This document shows, piece by piece, positions 1-9,548 of a stretch of 64,000 nucleotides of DNA (positions are counted from its first letter, which is position 1; the number at the start of each line of letters is the position of its first letter). The notes under the pieces were generated by a model, which saw only the letters and a program-made list of their open reading frames with translations, was not told where the DNA came from and ran no database searches. A program made the translations under genes and the position numbers. This stretch comes from Patescibacteria group bacterium (lineage in GTDB: Bacteria > Patescibacteriota > Microgenomatia > UBA8517): the NCBI GenBank assembly GCA_026416845.1, contig JAOAEL010000004.1, positions 11,271 through 75,270 of the forward strand, in the 5' to 3' direction.

Positions 1-71
1 AAAAGTAAGTATAATTTGGTATTATTTTTTGTTTTGAAGTTAAGTTTTTTTAACTAACATTAGAAAATTTT

Positions 72-185
72 ATGAAAGTTCAATCGTCTGTCAAACCAAG
101 ATGCAAGGATTGCAAGTTAGTTCGTCGAAAAGGTGTTTTGTATGTGATTTGCAAAAATTCTAGACATAAGCAAAAACAAGGTTAA
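72..185 (+). CDS. rpmJ: 50S ribosomal protein L36
   Basis: Translated by hand (too short for the ORF track): [37 protein letters not shown]. Zn-ribbon CxxC..C..H form, directly upstream of rpsM. Confidence 0.97.
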   Translation: MKVQSSVKPRCKDCKLVRRKGVLYVICKNSRHKQKQG

Positions 186-220
186 AATTTTAAATGAATT
201 TTATTAATATTAATTAATTT

Positions 221-628
221 ATGGCTAGGTTGGCAGGAGTAGAATTGCAAGATAATTGGAAAATAGGTTATGCTCTAACCAGAATTAAGGGCATAGGTTG
301 GTATTTGTCAAAAAAGATTATTTCTGAATTAAAAATTAATCCTTTGTTAAAAGTAAGTGCTTTAAACGCAGATGATTTGGCAAAAATTTCTTCTGCCTTA
401 GAGAAATATCCTATTGAAGGAGAACTAGTTAGAAAAGTAAAAGCTGATATAAACAGATTGCAGGTTATAGGTTCTTATAGAGGTTCAAGACATAGCAAAT
501 TATTACCTGTAAGAGGACAAAGAACAAGAAGAAACGCTAGAACTAAAAGAGGCAAGAGAAAAACGGTTGGTGCGTTTAAGAAAGAAATGTTGGCAAAAAT
601 GGCAGCAAATAAAGATGCAAAAAAATAA
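221..628 (+). CDS. rpsM: 30S ribosomal protein S13
   Basis: MARLAGV start and YRGSRH..LPVRGQRTRRNARTKRG motif; alpha operon position. Confidence 0.97.
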   Translation: MARLAGVELQDNWKIGYALTRIKGIGWYLSKKIISELKINPLLKVSALNADDLAKISSALEKYPIEGELVRKVKADINRLQVIGSYRGSRHSKLLPVRGQRTRRNARTKRGKRKTVGAFKKEMLAKMAANKDAKK

Positions 629-643
629 GATAATTGTGTGTCT

Positions 644-1024
644 ATGAGTAAAATTAAAAAAAATATTAATCGACAATTAAAAAAAGGTAAAGTTTATGTT
701 ACATCGTCTTTTAATAACACTATAGTTAGTATAACTGATATGGATGGCAATGTTTTAGCTTGGAGTTCCTGTGGAAATGCTGGTTTTAAAGGAACTAGAA
801 AATCTACTCCTTTTGCTGCGACTACGGCTGTAGACAAAGTTCTTAAGAAGGCTAAGGAAGAAAATGGGCTATCAGAAGTAAGTGTTTATTTGAAAGGGCC
901 GGGCGCTGGTCGTGATGCTGCCTTAAGATCTATAAGGGCGGCAGGCATTTCGATTTCTATGATTGCCGATGTCACACCTGTGCCGCATAATGGACCAAGA
1001 CCAAAGAAAAAGAAAAGAGGATAA
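644..1024 (+). CDS. rpsK: 30S ribosomal protein S11
   Basis: SFNNTIVSITD, GFKGTRKSTPFAA, KGPGAGRDAA, DVTPVPHNG motifs; ATG at 644 preferred over GTG at 638. Confidence 0.97.
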   Translation: MSKIKKNINRQLKKGKVYVTSSFNNTIVSITDMDGNVLAWSSCGNAGFKGTRKSTPFAATTAVDKVLKKAKEENGLSEVSVYLKGPGAGRDAALRSIRAAGISISMIADVTPVPHNGPRPKKKKRG

Positions 1025-1032
1025 AATTTATT

Positions 1033-1641
1033 ATGGCAAGGTATATAGGACCTAAAGATAAGCTTTCAAGAAGAGAAGGTTTTGATTTGTTCAGTGTTGG
1101 CTCGAAGCTAAATCGGCTAAATGTTCCTCCCGGCATGCATGGACGTAAAGGTTTTCAGATTAGTTCACAATACGGTAAACAATTAAGAGAAAAACAAAAA
1201 GTTAAAAGGATTTATGGGGTATTGGAAAAACAATTTAGAAGGTATGTAGCTGAGGCTTTAAAACAGAAAGGCAATACTGGAGAAGCTCTTTTATCATTTT
1301 TAGAAAGACGTTTAGATAATGTAGTTTATAGGCTTGGTTTTGTCCCCTCTAGGCCAGCTGCAAGGCAGCTTGTATCTCATAGACATGTTTTGGTAAATGG
1401 TAAAAAAGTGAATATTCCTTCTTATAGAGTTTCAGAAGGCGAGACTATTACTTTAACCAAAAAAGGCCTTGAAATACCTGTTGTAAAGCAAATTTTGAAT
1501 TCTAGTGATTTTGTAAAAATTAAGTGTCCGTCATGGGTTGTTAGAGAGGGTGTATTTGGGAAAATAGTTTCAAATCCTAAACGTGAAGACATTCCAGAAT
1601 TTATAAGAGAACAAGATATTGTCGAGTTTTATTCAAGGTAA
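1033..1641 (+). CDS. rpsD: 30S ribosomal protein S4
   Basis: MARYIGP, QLREKQK, LERRLDNVVYRLG, ARQLVSH, IVEFYSR. Confidence 0.97.
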   Translation: MARYIGPKDKLSRREGFDLFSVGSKLNRLNVPPGMHGRKGFQISSQYGKQLREKQKVKRIYGVLEKQFRRYVAEALKQKGNTGEALLSFLERRLDNVVYRLGFVPSRPAARQLVSHRHVLVNGKKVNIPSYRVSEGETITLTKKGLEIPVVKQILNSSDFVKIKCPSWVVREGVFGKIVSNPKREDIPEFIREQDIVEFYSR

Positions 1642-1756
1642 GTTTTTGTCGAAGTTTTTTTGTTTTTTTTTGAATATTTATTTAATAATTTGGCCAGTTG
1701 ATTTTTTGTTAATTTGTTATTTAATAACAATTGTTATTATAAGGAGGTGAAAGTTT

Positions 1757-2683
1757 ATGGAACAACCTTTTTTTGATATTAAGGAAGAGGATTCAAAAAT
1801 TGATTATGCACGGTTGATTATTAGTCCTCTTCCTAATGGGTTTGGTCATACTTTGGGGAACTCTTTGCGCCGTGTTCTTTTAACTAGTTTGCAAGGAGCT
1901 GCAATTGTTAGTGTAAGAATAGCAGGGGTAAAACATCAGTTTTCTACTTTGAAAGGTATGAGTGAAGATATAGTAGATTTTGTTTTAAATCTTAAAAAGG
2001 TTAGAGTTGCTTATACTGGTGAAAAGCTAGCTACTGGTACTATTGAAATTGTGGCTGATAAATATATGGAAGTTAAGGCATCTGATATTAAAGTTGATTC
2101 AAGTGTGAAAATTGTAAATCCAGATTTTGTGATTGCAAGATTAAATGAAGGTGCGAAATTAGAGGCAAAAATTGAAATTTCTACAGGTTATGGATATTCG
2201 GATGCTTCAGATCGTGCAACTGGAGAAATCGGTTTGATTCCTCTTGATGCTAGTTTTTCTCCTGTGGTGAGAGTTAATTATAGGGTTGAAGAGACTCGCG
2301 TAGGAAGAATTACCAATTATGATAGACTTGTTATGGAGATTTGGACCAATGGGACTATTTCTCCACGTGAAGCTCTGATTAGTGCTGCTAATCAGTTAAT
2401 GTCTTTTTTTAGACAAATAGTAAGTCCAGAATTGCAAACAAAAGATCATGCAATTCAACCAGAAAAAGAAAATTTTGGGCCAACAGCAAAATTATCTGTT
2501 GAAGAAATTGGTCTTCCTACAAGAGTTGCTAATGCTCTTATAAAAAATGGTTATGAGACGGTTGAAGATTTGATAAAAGCAAAGAGATCTGATTTGGCAA
2601 AGGTAAGAAATCTTGGTGAAAAATCAGTTAAGATTATTGAAGCGGCTCTTGCTGAAAGAAACCTTGGGATTTTAGACAAATAG
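1757..2683 (+). CDS. rpoA: RNA polymerase alpha subunit
   Basis: PLPNGFGHTLGNSLRRVLL, DASFSPV.RVNY.VE.TRVG and an alpha-CTD (RNLGEKS); strong SD AAGGAGGTGA upstream. Confidence 0.97.
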   Translation: MEQPFFDIKEEDSKIDYARLIISPLPNGFGHTLGNSLRRVLLTSLQGAAIVSVRIAGVKHQFSTLKGMSEDIVDFVLNLKKVRVAYTGEKLATGTIEIVADKYMEVKASDIKVDSSVKIVNPDFVIARLNEGAKLEAKIEISTGYGYSDASDRATGEIGLIPLDASFSPVVRVNYRVEETRVGRITNYDRLVMEIWTNGTISPREALISAANQLMSFFRQIVSPELQTKDHAIQPEKENFGPTAKLSVEEIGLPTRVANALIKNGYETVEDLIKAKRSDLAKVRNLGEKSVKIIEAALAERNLGILDK

Positions 2684-2735
2684 TTTAATTCGTCGCAAGG
2701 TTAGGTTTTATAGTTTTTGCCTGCCCGTTTTGTTT

Positions 2736-2767
2736 TCTTGTTGTTTTACAACAAGATTATTTTTATT
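2736..2767 (+). terminator. possible intrinsic terminator between rpoA and rplQ
   Basis: Perfect 9-bp hairpin TCTTGTTGT-ttt-ACAACAAGA followed by a T-rich tract; the stem is AT-rich. Confidence 0.35.
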
Positions 2768-2837
2768 GGCTTATTATACTTAGCTTACGTACTAGCAAGT
2801 AAGTAAAAAATATAATAATTAAATAGTTTATTTGAAT

Positions 2838-3326
2838 ATGAAAAAGAAAGTTTTTGGCAGAAAGCTTTCTCGAGATTATGGTTCACGCAAGGCTTTGTTT
2901 AGAGCTTTGACACGTTCTTTTGTGTTGAATGGTTCTATCATTACAACCAAAGCAAAAGCAAAAGCCATTAGCGCAAGCGTGGAGAAGTTGGTAACGGCAA
3001 TCAAAAAAGGTTCTTTGGCGCATATAAGACGTGTAAGCGCAAAGCTTGCCAATGATCGCAAGGTGTTAACTAAACTGATCAAAGAAGTTGCTCCTGCTTT
3101 CTCTAGTATAAAAGGTGGATATACTAAATTGATTTCTTTACCGACAAGACGTGGGGATAATGCCGAGATGGCTAAGATTGTTTGGACCAAAGAGATTGGC
3201 AATTTGGCATTGACTATTGCAAATCAAGGCAAACGAAAAGTTTCAAAAAACAACACTGGTCAGGATGGTACTCAAAAAAATCAGAGATTGACTAAAGGAA
3301 CAAAAAAGCAAGAAGGTAAAAAATAA
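2838..3326 (+). CDS. rplQ: 50S ribosomal protein L17 with Lys-rich C-terminal extension
   Basis: GRKLSRD..SRKALFRAL, IITTKAKAK, GGYTKL..RRGDNAEMA. Confidence 0.95.
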   Translation: MKKKVFGRKLSRDYGSRKALFRALTRSFVLNGSIITTKAKAKAISASVEKLVTAIKKGSLAHIRRVSAKLANDRKVLTKLIKEVAPAFSSIKGGYTKLISLPTRRGDNAEMAKIVWTKEIGNLALTIANQGKRKVSKNNTGQDGTQKNQRLTKGTKKQEGKK

Positions 3327-3335
3327 ATTTTAGAT

Positions 3336-3776
3336 ATGAAAACATATCAACCTAAGCAAAAAGAGATAAACAGAAAGTGGCATTTAGTTGACGCGAAAGA
3401 TGCTGTGCTTGGCAGGTTGGCAACTGATATTGCCAAAAAATTAATGGGCAAACATAAGGTTAATTATGCTCCACACATAGATAATGGCGATTATGTTGTA
3501 GTTATAAATGCTAGTTTGGTAAAGGTAACAGGCGACAAAGAGAACCAAAAGGTGTATCATAAGCACTCAGGCTATCCAGGGGGGTATCGCGAGATTGCAT
3601 TTTCTAAGTGGAAAAAGGAATCTCCGGAAAAGATTATTCGGCATGCAGTTTTGGGAATGTTGCCAGAAAACAAGTTAAAGAAAAAGCGAATTGCAAGGCT
3701 AAAGGTTTTTGCAAACGATAAGCACAAGTATGAATCTCAATTTAGAAGTCAAGGGGCGAGTGCCAATTCTATTTGA
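3336..3776 (+). CDS. rplM: 50S ribosomal protein L13
   Basis: WHLVDA..VLGRLA, GKHK..YAPHIDNGD, HSGYPGG, GMLP. Confidence 0.97.
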   Translation: MKTYQPKQKEINRKWHLVDAKDAVLGRLATDIAKKLMGKHKVNYAPHIDNGDYVVVINASLVKVTGDKENQKVYHKHSGYPGGYREIAFSKWKKESPEKIIRHAVLGMLPENKLKKKRIARLKVFANDKHKYESQFRSQGASANSI

Positions 3777-3801
3777 AAGTTAGAATTTTTTTTGATGAGT
3801 T

Positions 3802-4218
3802 ATGTCAAAAAAAGAAACAAAAACAAACAAAAACTACATTTTTGCAGTTGGTAGGCGCAAAGAATCTGTAGCGCGTGTAAGATTGTTTCACGGCAAAGGC
3901 GAAAATACTGTAAATGGCATGCCGTTTGCCAAATATTTTCCTGGTTCTGTAAACGAATATTTATTTTCATTGCCATTTAAGATTGTTGATGTTTGGGATA
4001 AATATTATGTTACTGTAAAAGTTTCCGGTGGGGGCAAAAAAGGACAAATTGGGGCTGTGGCTCATGGTATTGCAAGGGCTTTGCTTAAATCAAAAGAAGA
4101 ATTTAAAAAGGCTCTGCGTGACGCAGGCCTTTTGACTCGCGACGCAAGAGTGAAAGAACGTAGAAAAGTTGGCACTGGTGGTAAAGCAAGAAGAAAGAAA
4201 CAAAGTCCGAAGAGGTAA
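3802..4218 (+). CDS. rpsI: 30S ribosomal protein S9
   Basis: GRRKESVARV, GGGKKGQ, LTRDARVKERRK, KQSPKR. Confidence 0.97.
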   Translation: MSKKETKTNKNYIFAVGRRKESVARVRLFHGKGENTVNGMPFAKYFPGSVNEYLFSLPFKIVDVWDKYYVTVKVSGGGKKGQIGAVAHGIARALLKSKEEFKKALRDAGLLTRDARVKERRKVGTGGKARRKKQSPKR

Positions 4219-4226
4219 TTTTTTAA

Positions 4227-4817
4227 ATGAAAGGTTTGTATCTTGGTCGTTTCCAGCCATTTCATATAGGACATCTTCGAGTTGCCAATAATCTTTTAAG
4301 CCTTTTCCCTAACATCAAAATCAAAATAGGTGTTGCTGATTGGAGAGGAAAGCCTAATCGAAACCTTTTTTTAACTGGAGATGAATCTAAGAGAATAGCA
4401 GAGGCTGCTCTGGCAGATTTAGAAATGGATATGCAAGTTGTTACTGTGCCAATCATTCCTGGTGATTCTCTGGAAAAAACAATTGCTGATTTTGTAAAAA
4501 AAGAAAACATCGAAGCTGTTTTTTCTGGTTCTAGTAACACTTTGGAAGCGTGTAATAATTTGATTGGGCAGGGACTACATTTGATACTTTGTCGTATTAT
4601 TGATAATGAAGGGGAAAGTATCCGAGGTACTAATTTAAGAGAAATGATATTGCAAGGTTCTCAAGAATGGAGGAAATACATGACTAGCAGTTCTGCAGAG
4701 ATTTTAGATTCATATAATCCTAGACAAAGATTATCTGATTTATCGGATGGGCAGAAAAGACCTTGGATTAGTGATGTTGAGGCGCCAGGCAATCATTTTG
4801 GCAGTGAAAGAAAGTGA
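4227..4817 (+). CDS. HIGH-family nucleotidyltransferase (NadM/NMN adenylyltransferase-like)
   Basis: N-terminal GRFQPFHIGH motif and a C-terminal IRGTNLREMI segment resembling the (S/G)GT.IR motif. Confidence 0.7.
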   Translation: MKGLYLGRFQPFHIGHLRVANNLLSLFPNIKIKIGVADWRGKPNRNLFLTGDESKRIAEAALADLEMDMQVVTVPIIPGDSLEKTIADFVKKENIEAVFSGSSNTLEACNNLIGQGLHLILCRIIDNEGESIRGTNLREMILQGSQEWRKYMTSSSAEILDSYNPRQRLSDLSDGQKRPWISDVEAPGNHFGSERK

Positions 4818-5340
4818 AAAAATATAAGAGAATTGCAACTGTTCGGACATCTCTTATTTTTTTGTTTTTGATCATTTCTAATATTTCCTGTAGTGTAAAT
4901 GCTGACTTTTTTAAAATTTCAATTTCTTCCTCAAAATATTTTTGATTTATTTTTAGATTTTTCCCTATAAATCCATATGTTGTCCCTACTAAATAAGCGG
5001 GTAGTATTTTGAATGGTCCTAAAGGTATTAATTCTTTGGGTTCAAAACCAATTTCCTCTATCAATTCTCTTTTTGCAGTTTGTTTTAACAATTCTTCTCT
5101 TTCTACTTTCCCTCCTGGTAGGACATATTCATAAGTGTTAGATGCAGTACAGAATTTTTTAATTAAAATTATTTTATTGTCACTTGTGATAGGAATTATC
5201 ATTACACTTTTTGTTACTCCGTTTAAAGAAACAGTTTCCCAAGTTTGCTTTTTTTTGTTAATTTTTACATCAACTTCCCATAGCGTAAAAAGCTTGCTTT
5301 GGAATTTTTGTTTTTTGGATATTATTTTTTTGCTTATCAT
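4768..5340 (-). CDS. NUDIX hydrolase (ADP-ribose pyrophosphatase-like)
   Basis: Nudix box PGGKVEREELLKQTAKRELIEEIG. Confidence 0.85.
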   Translation of the reverse strand: MISKKIISKKQKFQSKLFTLWEVDVKINKKKQTWETVSLNGVTKSVMIIPITSDNKIILIKKFCTASNTYEYVLPGGKVEREELLKQTAKRELIEEIGFEPKELIPLGPFKILPAYLVGTTYGFIGKNLKINQKYFEEEIEILKKSAFTLQEILEMIKNKKIRDVRTVAILLYFFTFFHCQNDCLAPQHH

Positions 5341-6368
5341 TGTTTTATCAATTTGATTTTTCTCAATTCTTGGACATTTTTTGCGCCAACTCCAAACATT
5401 GCAACTTTCAATTCATACGCAAGTCTTTCAATTAATTTTTCTACCTCTTCTTGTGATACCAATGCCGCTTTTGCAAAAGGTTGCGCGATTCCTACCAGAT
5501 CGCTTCCTAATGCTATTGCTTTTGCGATTTGAATGCCGTTTCTAATGCCCCCACTGCCTAAAATTGTGATTTTATCTGTAAATTCTTTGCGCAATTTATT
5601 GGCTATTGTGATTGAATCTGTCGTTGGTATTCCCCATTCACCAAAGAGTTTTCCCAGATTTTCAAAACCTTCCCTGCGCATTCCTTCTATCACTGCCCAG
5701 TTTGTTCCTCCCCATCTTGCGGTGTCAAAGATTCTAACCCCTACCTTATAAAGTCTTTTTATTACATTTTTCGAGAGGCCAAAACCCACTTCTTTGGCTA
5801 TTACAGGTGTTGATAGCTTTGGTATTAATTTTTTGAGTTTTGGTAGTAGGTCTTTGAAATTTCTATCGCCTTCAGGTTGAATTACTTCTTGGATTAGGTT
5901 TATATGAACTGCAAGCGCGTCCGCGTTAATCATATTTATGATTTCTTGGAATTCTTTTTCAGAAAAACCGTAGTTTAGTTGTACAAGTCCCACATTTGCT
6001 ATAAGTGGTATATCAGGTGCGTCATCTCTTACCATGAACAGATCTTTTAGTTTGGGGTTTTCAATTGCTATTCTTTGACTGCCTACTCCCATTGCAATAC
6101 CATATTTTTGAGCGGCGTGAGCTAAGTTGCGGTTTATCCGTTTACCTTCAGCCATGCCTCCTGTCATGCATGAAACAAAAAAAAGATAATTCACTTTTTT
6201 GCCCAAGAATGTCGTAGAAAGGTCAATTTCATCAAAATTAATTTCAGGGAGAGCATTATGAATAAATTGGTATTTATCAAATCCAGCCGAACCTATTTGC
6301 GAACTTTCATTTAGAGCGATTTTCAAATGATCTTTCTTTCTTTGTTTTATATTTTTTGTGTTATTCAT
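5337..6368 (-). CDS. fni: type 2 isopentenyl-diphosphate isomerase (IDI-2)
   Basis: RKKDHL, HNALPE, MTGG, GVGSQR, QEVIQPEGD, KEVGFG, SGGIRNG motifs. Confidence 0.93.
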   Translation of the reverse strand: MNNTKNIKQRKKDHLKIALNESSQIGSAGFDKYQFIHNALPEINFDEIDLSTTFLGKKVNYLFFVSCMTGGMAEGKRINRNLAHAAQKYGIAMGVGSQRIAIENPKLKDLFMVRDDAPDIPLIANVGLVQLNYGFSEKEFQEIINMINADALAVHINLIQEVIQPEGDRNFKDLLPKLKKLIPKLSTPVIAKEVGFGLSKNVIKRLYKVGVRIFDTARWGGTNWAVIEGMRREGFENLGKLFGEWGIPTTDSITIANKLRKEFTDKITILGSGGIRNGIQIAKAIALGSDLVGIAQPFAKAALVSQEEVEKLIERLAYELKVAMFGVGAKNVQELRKIKLIKQ

Positions 6369-6421
6369 TGTTTTTTGTCGTTTTTTCTAAAAATTTATGT
6401 TGCTGTTGCATTAACTTTTGA

Positions 6422-8329
6422 TCACTCTATAACTTGCAAGTCCCAGAATTTACGATACAAACCGTTTTTTATTTTTAACAATTCTTCGTGCTTTCCTTCT
6501 TCTACAATTCGTCCATCGTCAAGCATATAGATATAGTCAGCCTTTCTGGCATTTGTGATTCTATGAGTTATGAACAAGATGCCTGATTTTTCTTTAAGTT
6601 TTCTTAATTGATTAAATATTTTTGCTTCATGTTCAACATCCAGCTGATTTGTTCCCTCGTCAAATATTATAAATGGTCTTTGTTGTAAAAAAATTCGTGC
6701 TAAAACTATTAGTTGTTGCTCTCCGCCGGAAAGAGAATAGTTTTCTCCAATAATCGTATCGAGTTTATCGGGGAGTTTGCGAATTGTGTCCGCAATTCCC
6801 ACTGTTTCAAGCGCTTGCCATTGCTTTTTATCAGATATGTTTTTTTCATTTGATCCAACTGTAAGATTTTCGCGAATTGAGTGCCGCCACAAGAAAAATG
6901 GTTCTTGTTGAATGATTGAGAAAAGACTTAGAAGTGTTTCAATTGAAATATCTCGTATATTTATGTCATCAATACAAATTTCTCCTGAATCTGCTTCTAG
7001 TCCGTGCAATAAAAGATGGGTTATTGTGGTTTTCCCTGATCCATTTCTTCCAAGCAAAGCCACTATTTTCCCTTTTTCAATTTTTAAAGACACGCTTGAT
7101 AATACTTGTCTTTTTTCTTCTCTCTTTTTTAAAGCTTCTTCCCAGTCTTTTATTTCCCATTTATAGTTGCCAATTGAGAATTTATTTAAAACATCTTTTG
7201 TCTTTTGAATCATTTTTGCAATGTATAATCGTTCTTCTTCCCCTAAATCGGGATAAGTGAAACTAACTTTTTTTAATTCTATTTTATTTACTTGAAGCAG
7301 GGTTCTTTTTGGGTTTTTGTTAACTATAATCCGAGAATTAAGCATGAGCACAAAATTAATTCTGTCAAATTGCATGTCTATATCGTGCCAATCGCGCAAA
7401 CTTTGCATTATATTTAAAAAGATACTTGCGATTTGCATAGCATAAGCTGTTATTAGAGTGTATGTGCCGATGCTGATTGTTCCTTGCAAGACTTGAATTC
7501 CAATTATTATGCTTACAATTACTGTTAAAGCATTTTTGGTCAATAAAATATAGGATTGAAACATGAATCTGGAAATTGCCTGGTTTTGATCTAACTCATA
7601 AGCTTGCTTGTTTTTTTCTTTATATTGATCTAAATATTTTTTTGTTACTCCAAGAATTTTTAACTGAGGAAAGTCATATCTAAGCAAAGACTCTATTTTC
7701 CATTTTTCGTCTCTAGTTATTTCTTGTTTGATCGCAAAAAGAACTTCGTGTTTATTGGCAACATTTGCTATTAGAGCTTGTGCAGACCCAAAAATCAGAC
7801 AAAATATAAGTATTTTGTAATCAATTAAACCAATAATTGGGATAATTGTTGCGATACTTGCGATGTCGTATACGCGATCGGTGAAAAAATAAACGCAGTC
7901 GCGTCCAAAATTTGTTGCCGACAGTGTTACGTTTGTTACAATCCTGTCGTTTTTTTTGTTGGCGAAAAATCCCCAATCCAACTCGTTTAACTTATTCCAT
8001 ATGTTTTCGCTTATGTAGTTGGCAAATTTATAAGATGCTTTATGCCATAGTTTCTCGTTTGTTTTTTCAAACACAAAACGTCTTATTGTTTCAAGAAAAA
8101 ATGGGATTATAAGAAGAACAAAAAGTATTGTCGGGCTTTTATTTGATGATTCAAAAAAGTCAGTTGTGTTTTGTAGGTAATCTAATTGAAGTTTAACAAG
8201 GTAAGGAATAGCCGCGCCAATTACTGAAATTGCTGTTTGGATAAGGAATATGGAAATGATTAAAAATCTGAATTTTAAGAATATTTTTTTAATTAGGTCG
8301 TATTTGTTTTTAATTTGGAACTTATCCAT
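6422..8329 (-). CDS. ABC exporter, fused permease/ATP-binding protein
   Basis: Hydrophobic N-terminal half; Walker A GRNGSGKT, signature LSGGE, Walker B IIFDE, H-loop ITHR. Confidence 0.9.
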   Translation of the reverse strand: MDKFQIKNKYDLIKKIFLKFRFLIISIFLIQTAISVIGAAIPYLVKLQLDYLQNTTDFFESSNKSPTILFVLLIIPFFLETIRRFVFEKTNEKLWHKASYKFANYISENIWNKLNELDWGFFANKKNDRIVTNVTLSATNFGRDCVYFFTDRVYDIASIATIIPIIGLIDYKILIFCLIFGSAQALIANVANKHEVLFAIKQEITRDEKWKIESLLRYDFPQLKILGVTKKYLDQYKEKNKQAYELDQNQAISRFMFQSYILLTKNALTVIVSIIIGIQVLQGTISIGTYTLITAYAMQIASIFLNIMQSLRDWHDIDMQFDRINFVLMLNSRIIVNKNPKRTLLQVNKIELKKVSFTYPDLGEEERLYIAKMIQKTKDVLNKFSIGNYKWEIKDWEEALKKREEKRQVLSSVSLKIEKGKIVALLGRNGSGKTTITHLLLHGLEADSGEICIDDINIRDISIETLLSLFSIIQQEPFFLWRHSIRENLTVGSNEKNISDKKQWQALETVGIADTIRKLPDKLDTIIGENYSLSGGEQQLIVLARIFLQQRPFIIFDEGTNQLDVEHEAKIFNQLRKLKEKSGILFITHRITNARKADYIYMLDDGRIVEEGKHEELLKIKNGLYRKFWDLQVIE

Positions 8330-8335
8330 TTTTTA

Positions 8336-9478
8336 TCACATTTCCCTCTCTATCATATACTGTGCTATGCCATCTAGATAATTGATGCCTTCTTCTTCCC
8401 ACCTTTTATTGCGCATTGATGAAATTGCTTCTTGAGCTTTTTTGGCCCATTTAATGGATAATCTTTTGCAGTATTCCAAAGATCCTGTGTTAATTACAAT
8501 GTTCCTTGCTTCTTGTGCTTCAGTATCACTTAAGTTTCTTTTTCCCCACAAAAGTGAAAGTTTTTGTTTTTGGTGTGTGTTGGATAATTCCAAAGCCTTT
8601 GTGATCAAAAGTGTCATTTTCCCCTGTCTAAGGTCTGAATGGGCAGGTTTGCCTGTTTTCTCAGGATTTCCAAAAAGTCCCAAAATATCATCTTGCAATT
8701 GAAAGGCAATTCCGCCGGGGATTGCATAGTCGGATAATATTTTCAGATCTTGTTCTTTTGCTCCTGCCAAGATTGCTCCGATATGCAAAGGGTTTTCATA
8801 TGTATAAACCGCAGTTTTGGCTTTGTACATGTCTAAAATTTCTTTTTCTGACGCTTGTGCTTTATTTTCCAAAGTAATGTCGTAAGCTTGTCCAAAGGCT
8901 GTGTTTGCTATTCCTCTGAAAAGCTTGTTGAGAGCTTTTAATTTTTTTTCTGAAGAAAATTGGCTTTTGCCAAGTATTTCATATCCCAGACAAAGTGCGA
9001 TATCGCCTGCATTTATTGCCATGCTATTTCCGTAGTGAGCAGGGTCTCCTTTGTAATTGTTTCCCTTATGATATTCTTCGTAGAATTTATGGGTTGTTGC
9101 TCGCCCTCTCCTTATCTCGTCTTGATCCATGAAGTCATCGTGTATTAAAAGAGCGGTTTGTATTAGTTCTATGGACATGGCGGCGTTTATGATTGCCTTA
9201 TCGTTTTTGCCATGGAGCATTTTGTAAGCGTAGTAAATAAAGGAACTTCTAAGTCTTTTGGCAGGACGCAAATTATGTTCTTTTATGTGTTTGAAAATGT
9301 GTTTTCTAATGTTTATTTGTTGTTTGCTGGCTTTTTGTTGAGAAGTATTGTTTAATTCTTTGTCAAAATATTCTTGCAGATGCTTATTTATTTTGTTCAC
9401 AAAGTTCTCTAAATTATTTTTTGCATCAGTTGCTTTCTTGCTTTTTGTGATAGTTACAATTTGTCCTATTGTGCTCAT
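8336..9478 (-). CDS. trans-polyprenyl diphosphate synthase (IdsA/GGPPS family)
   Basis: KRLR, first Asp-rich motif LIHDDFMD..RRG, GQ..D, KTA, second motif FQLQDD, DLRQGK. Confidence 0.93.
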   Translation of the reverse strand: MSTIGQIVTITKSKKATDAKNNLENFVNKINKHLQEYFDKELNNTSQQKASKQQINIRKHIFKHIKEHNLRPAKRLRSSFIYYAYKMLHGKNDKAIINAAMSIELIQTALLIHDDFMDQDEIRRGRATTHKFYEEYHKGNNYKGDPAHYGNSMAINAGDIALCLGYEILGKSQFSSEKKLKALNKLFRGIANTAFGQAYDITLENKAQASEKEILDMYKAKTAVYTYENPLHIGAILAGAKEQDLKILSDYAIPGGIAFQLQDDILGLFGNPEKTGKPAHSDLRQGKMTLLITKALELSNTHQKQKLSLLWGKRNLSDTEAQEARNIVINTGSLEYCKRLSIKWAKKAQEAISSMRNKRWEEEGINYLDGIAQYMIEREM

Positions 9479-9548
9479 TTTTGTTTGTTTGACGTGGCAA
9501 GCTATGATTATACATTATTTGTATTAACTACTATGATATAATTTTTTT

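Noticed and set aside
2876-3202. Antisense ORFs inside well-supported genes (also 10032-10487, 40964-41356, 58702-59166, 63178-63424 and many others)
   Set aside because: They lie wholly opposite or out of frame to conserved genes, have no recognisable motifs, and are expected shadow ORFs.
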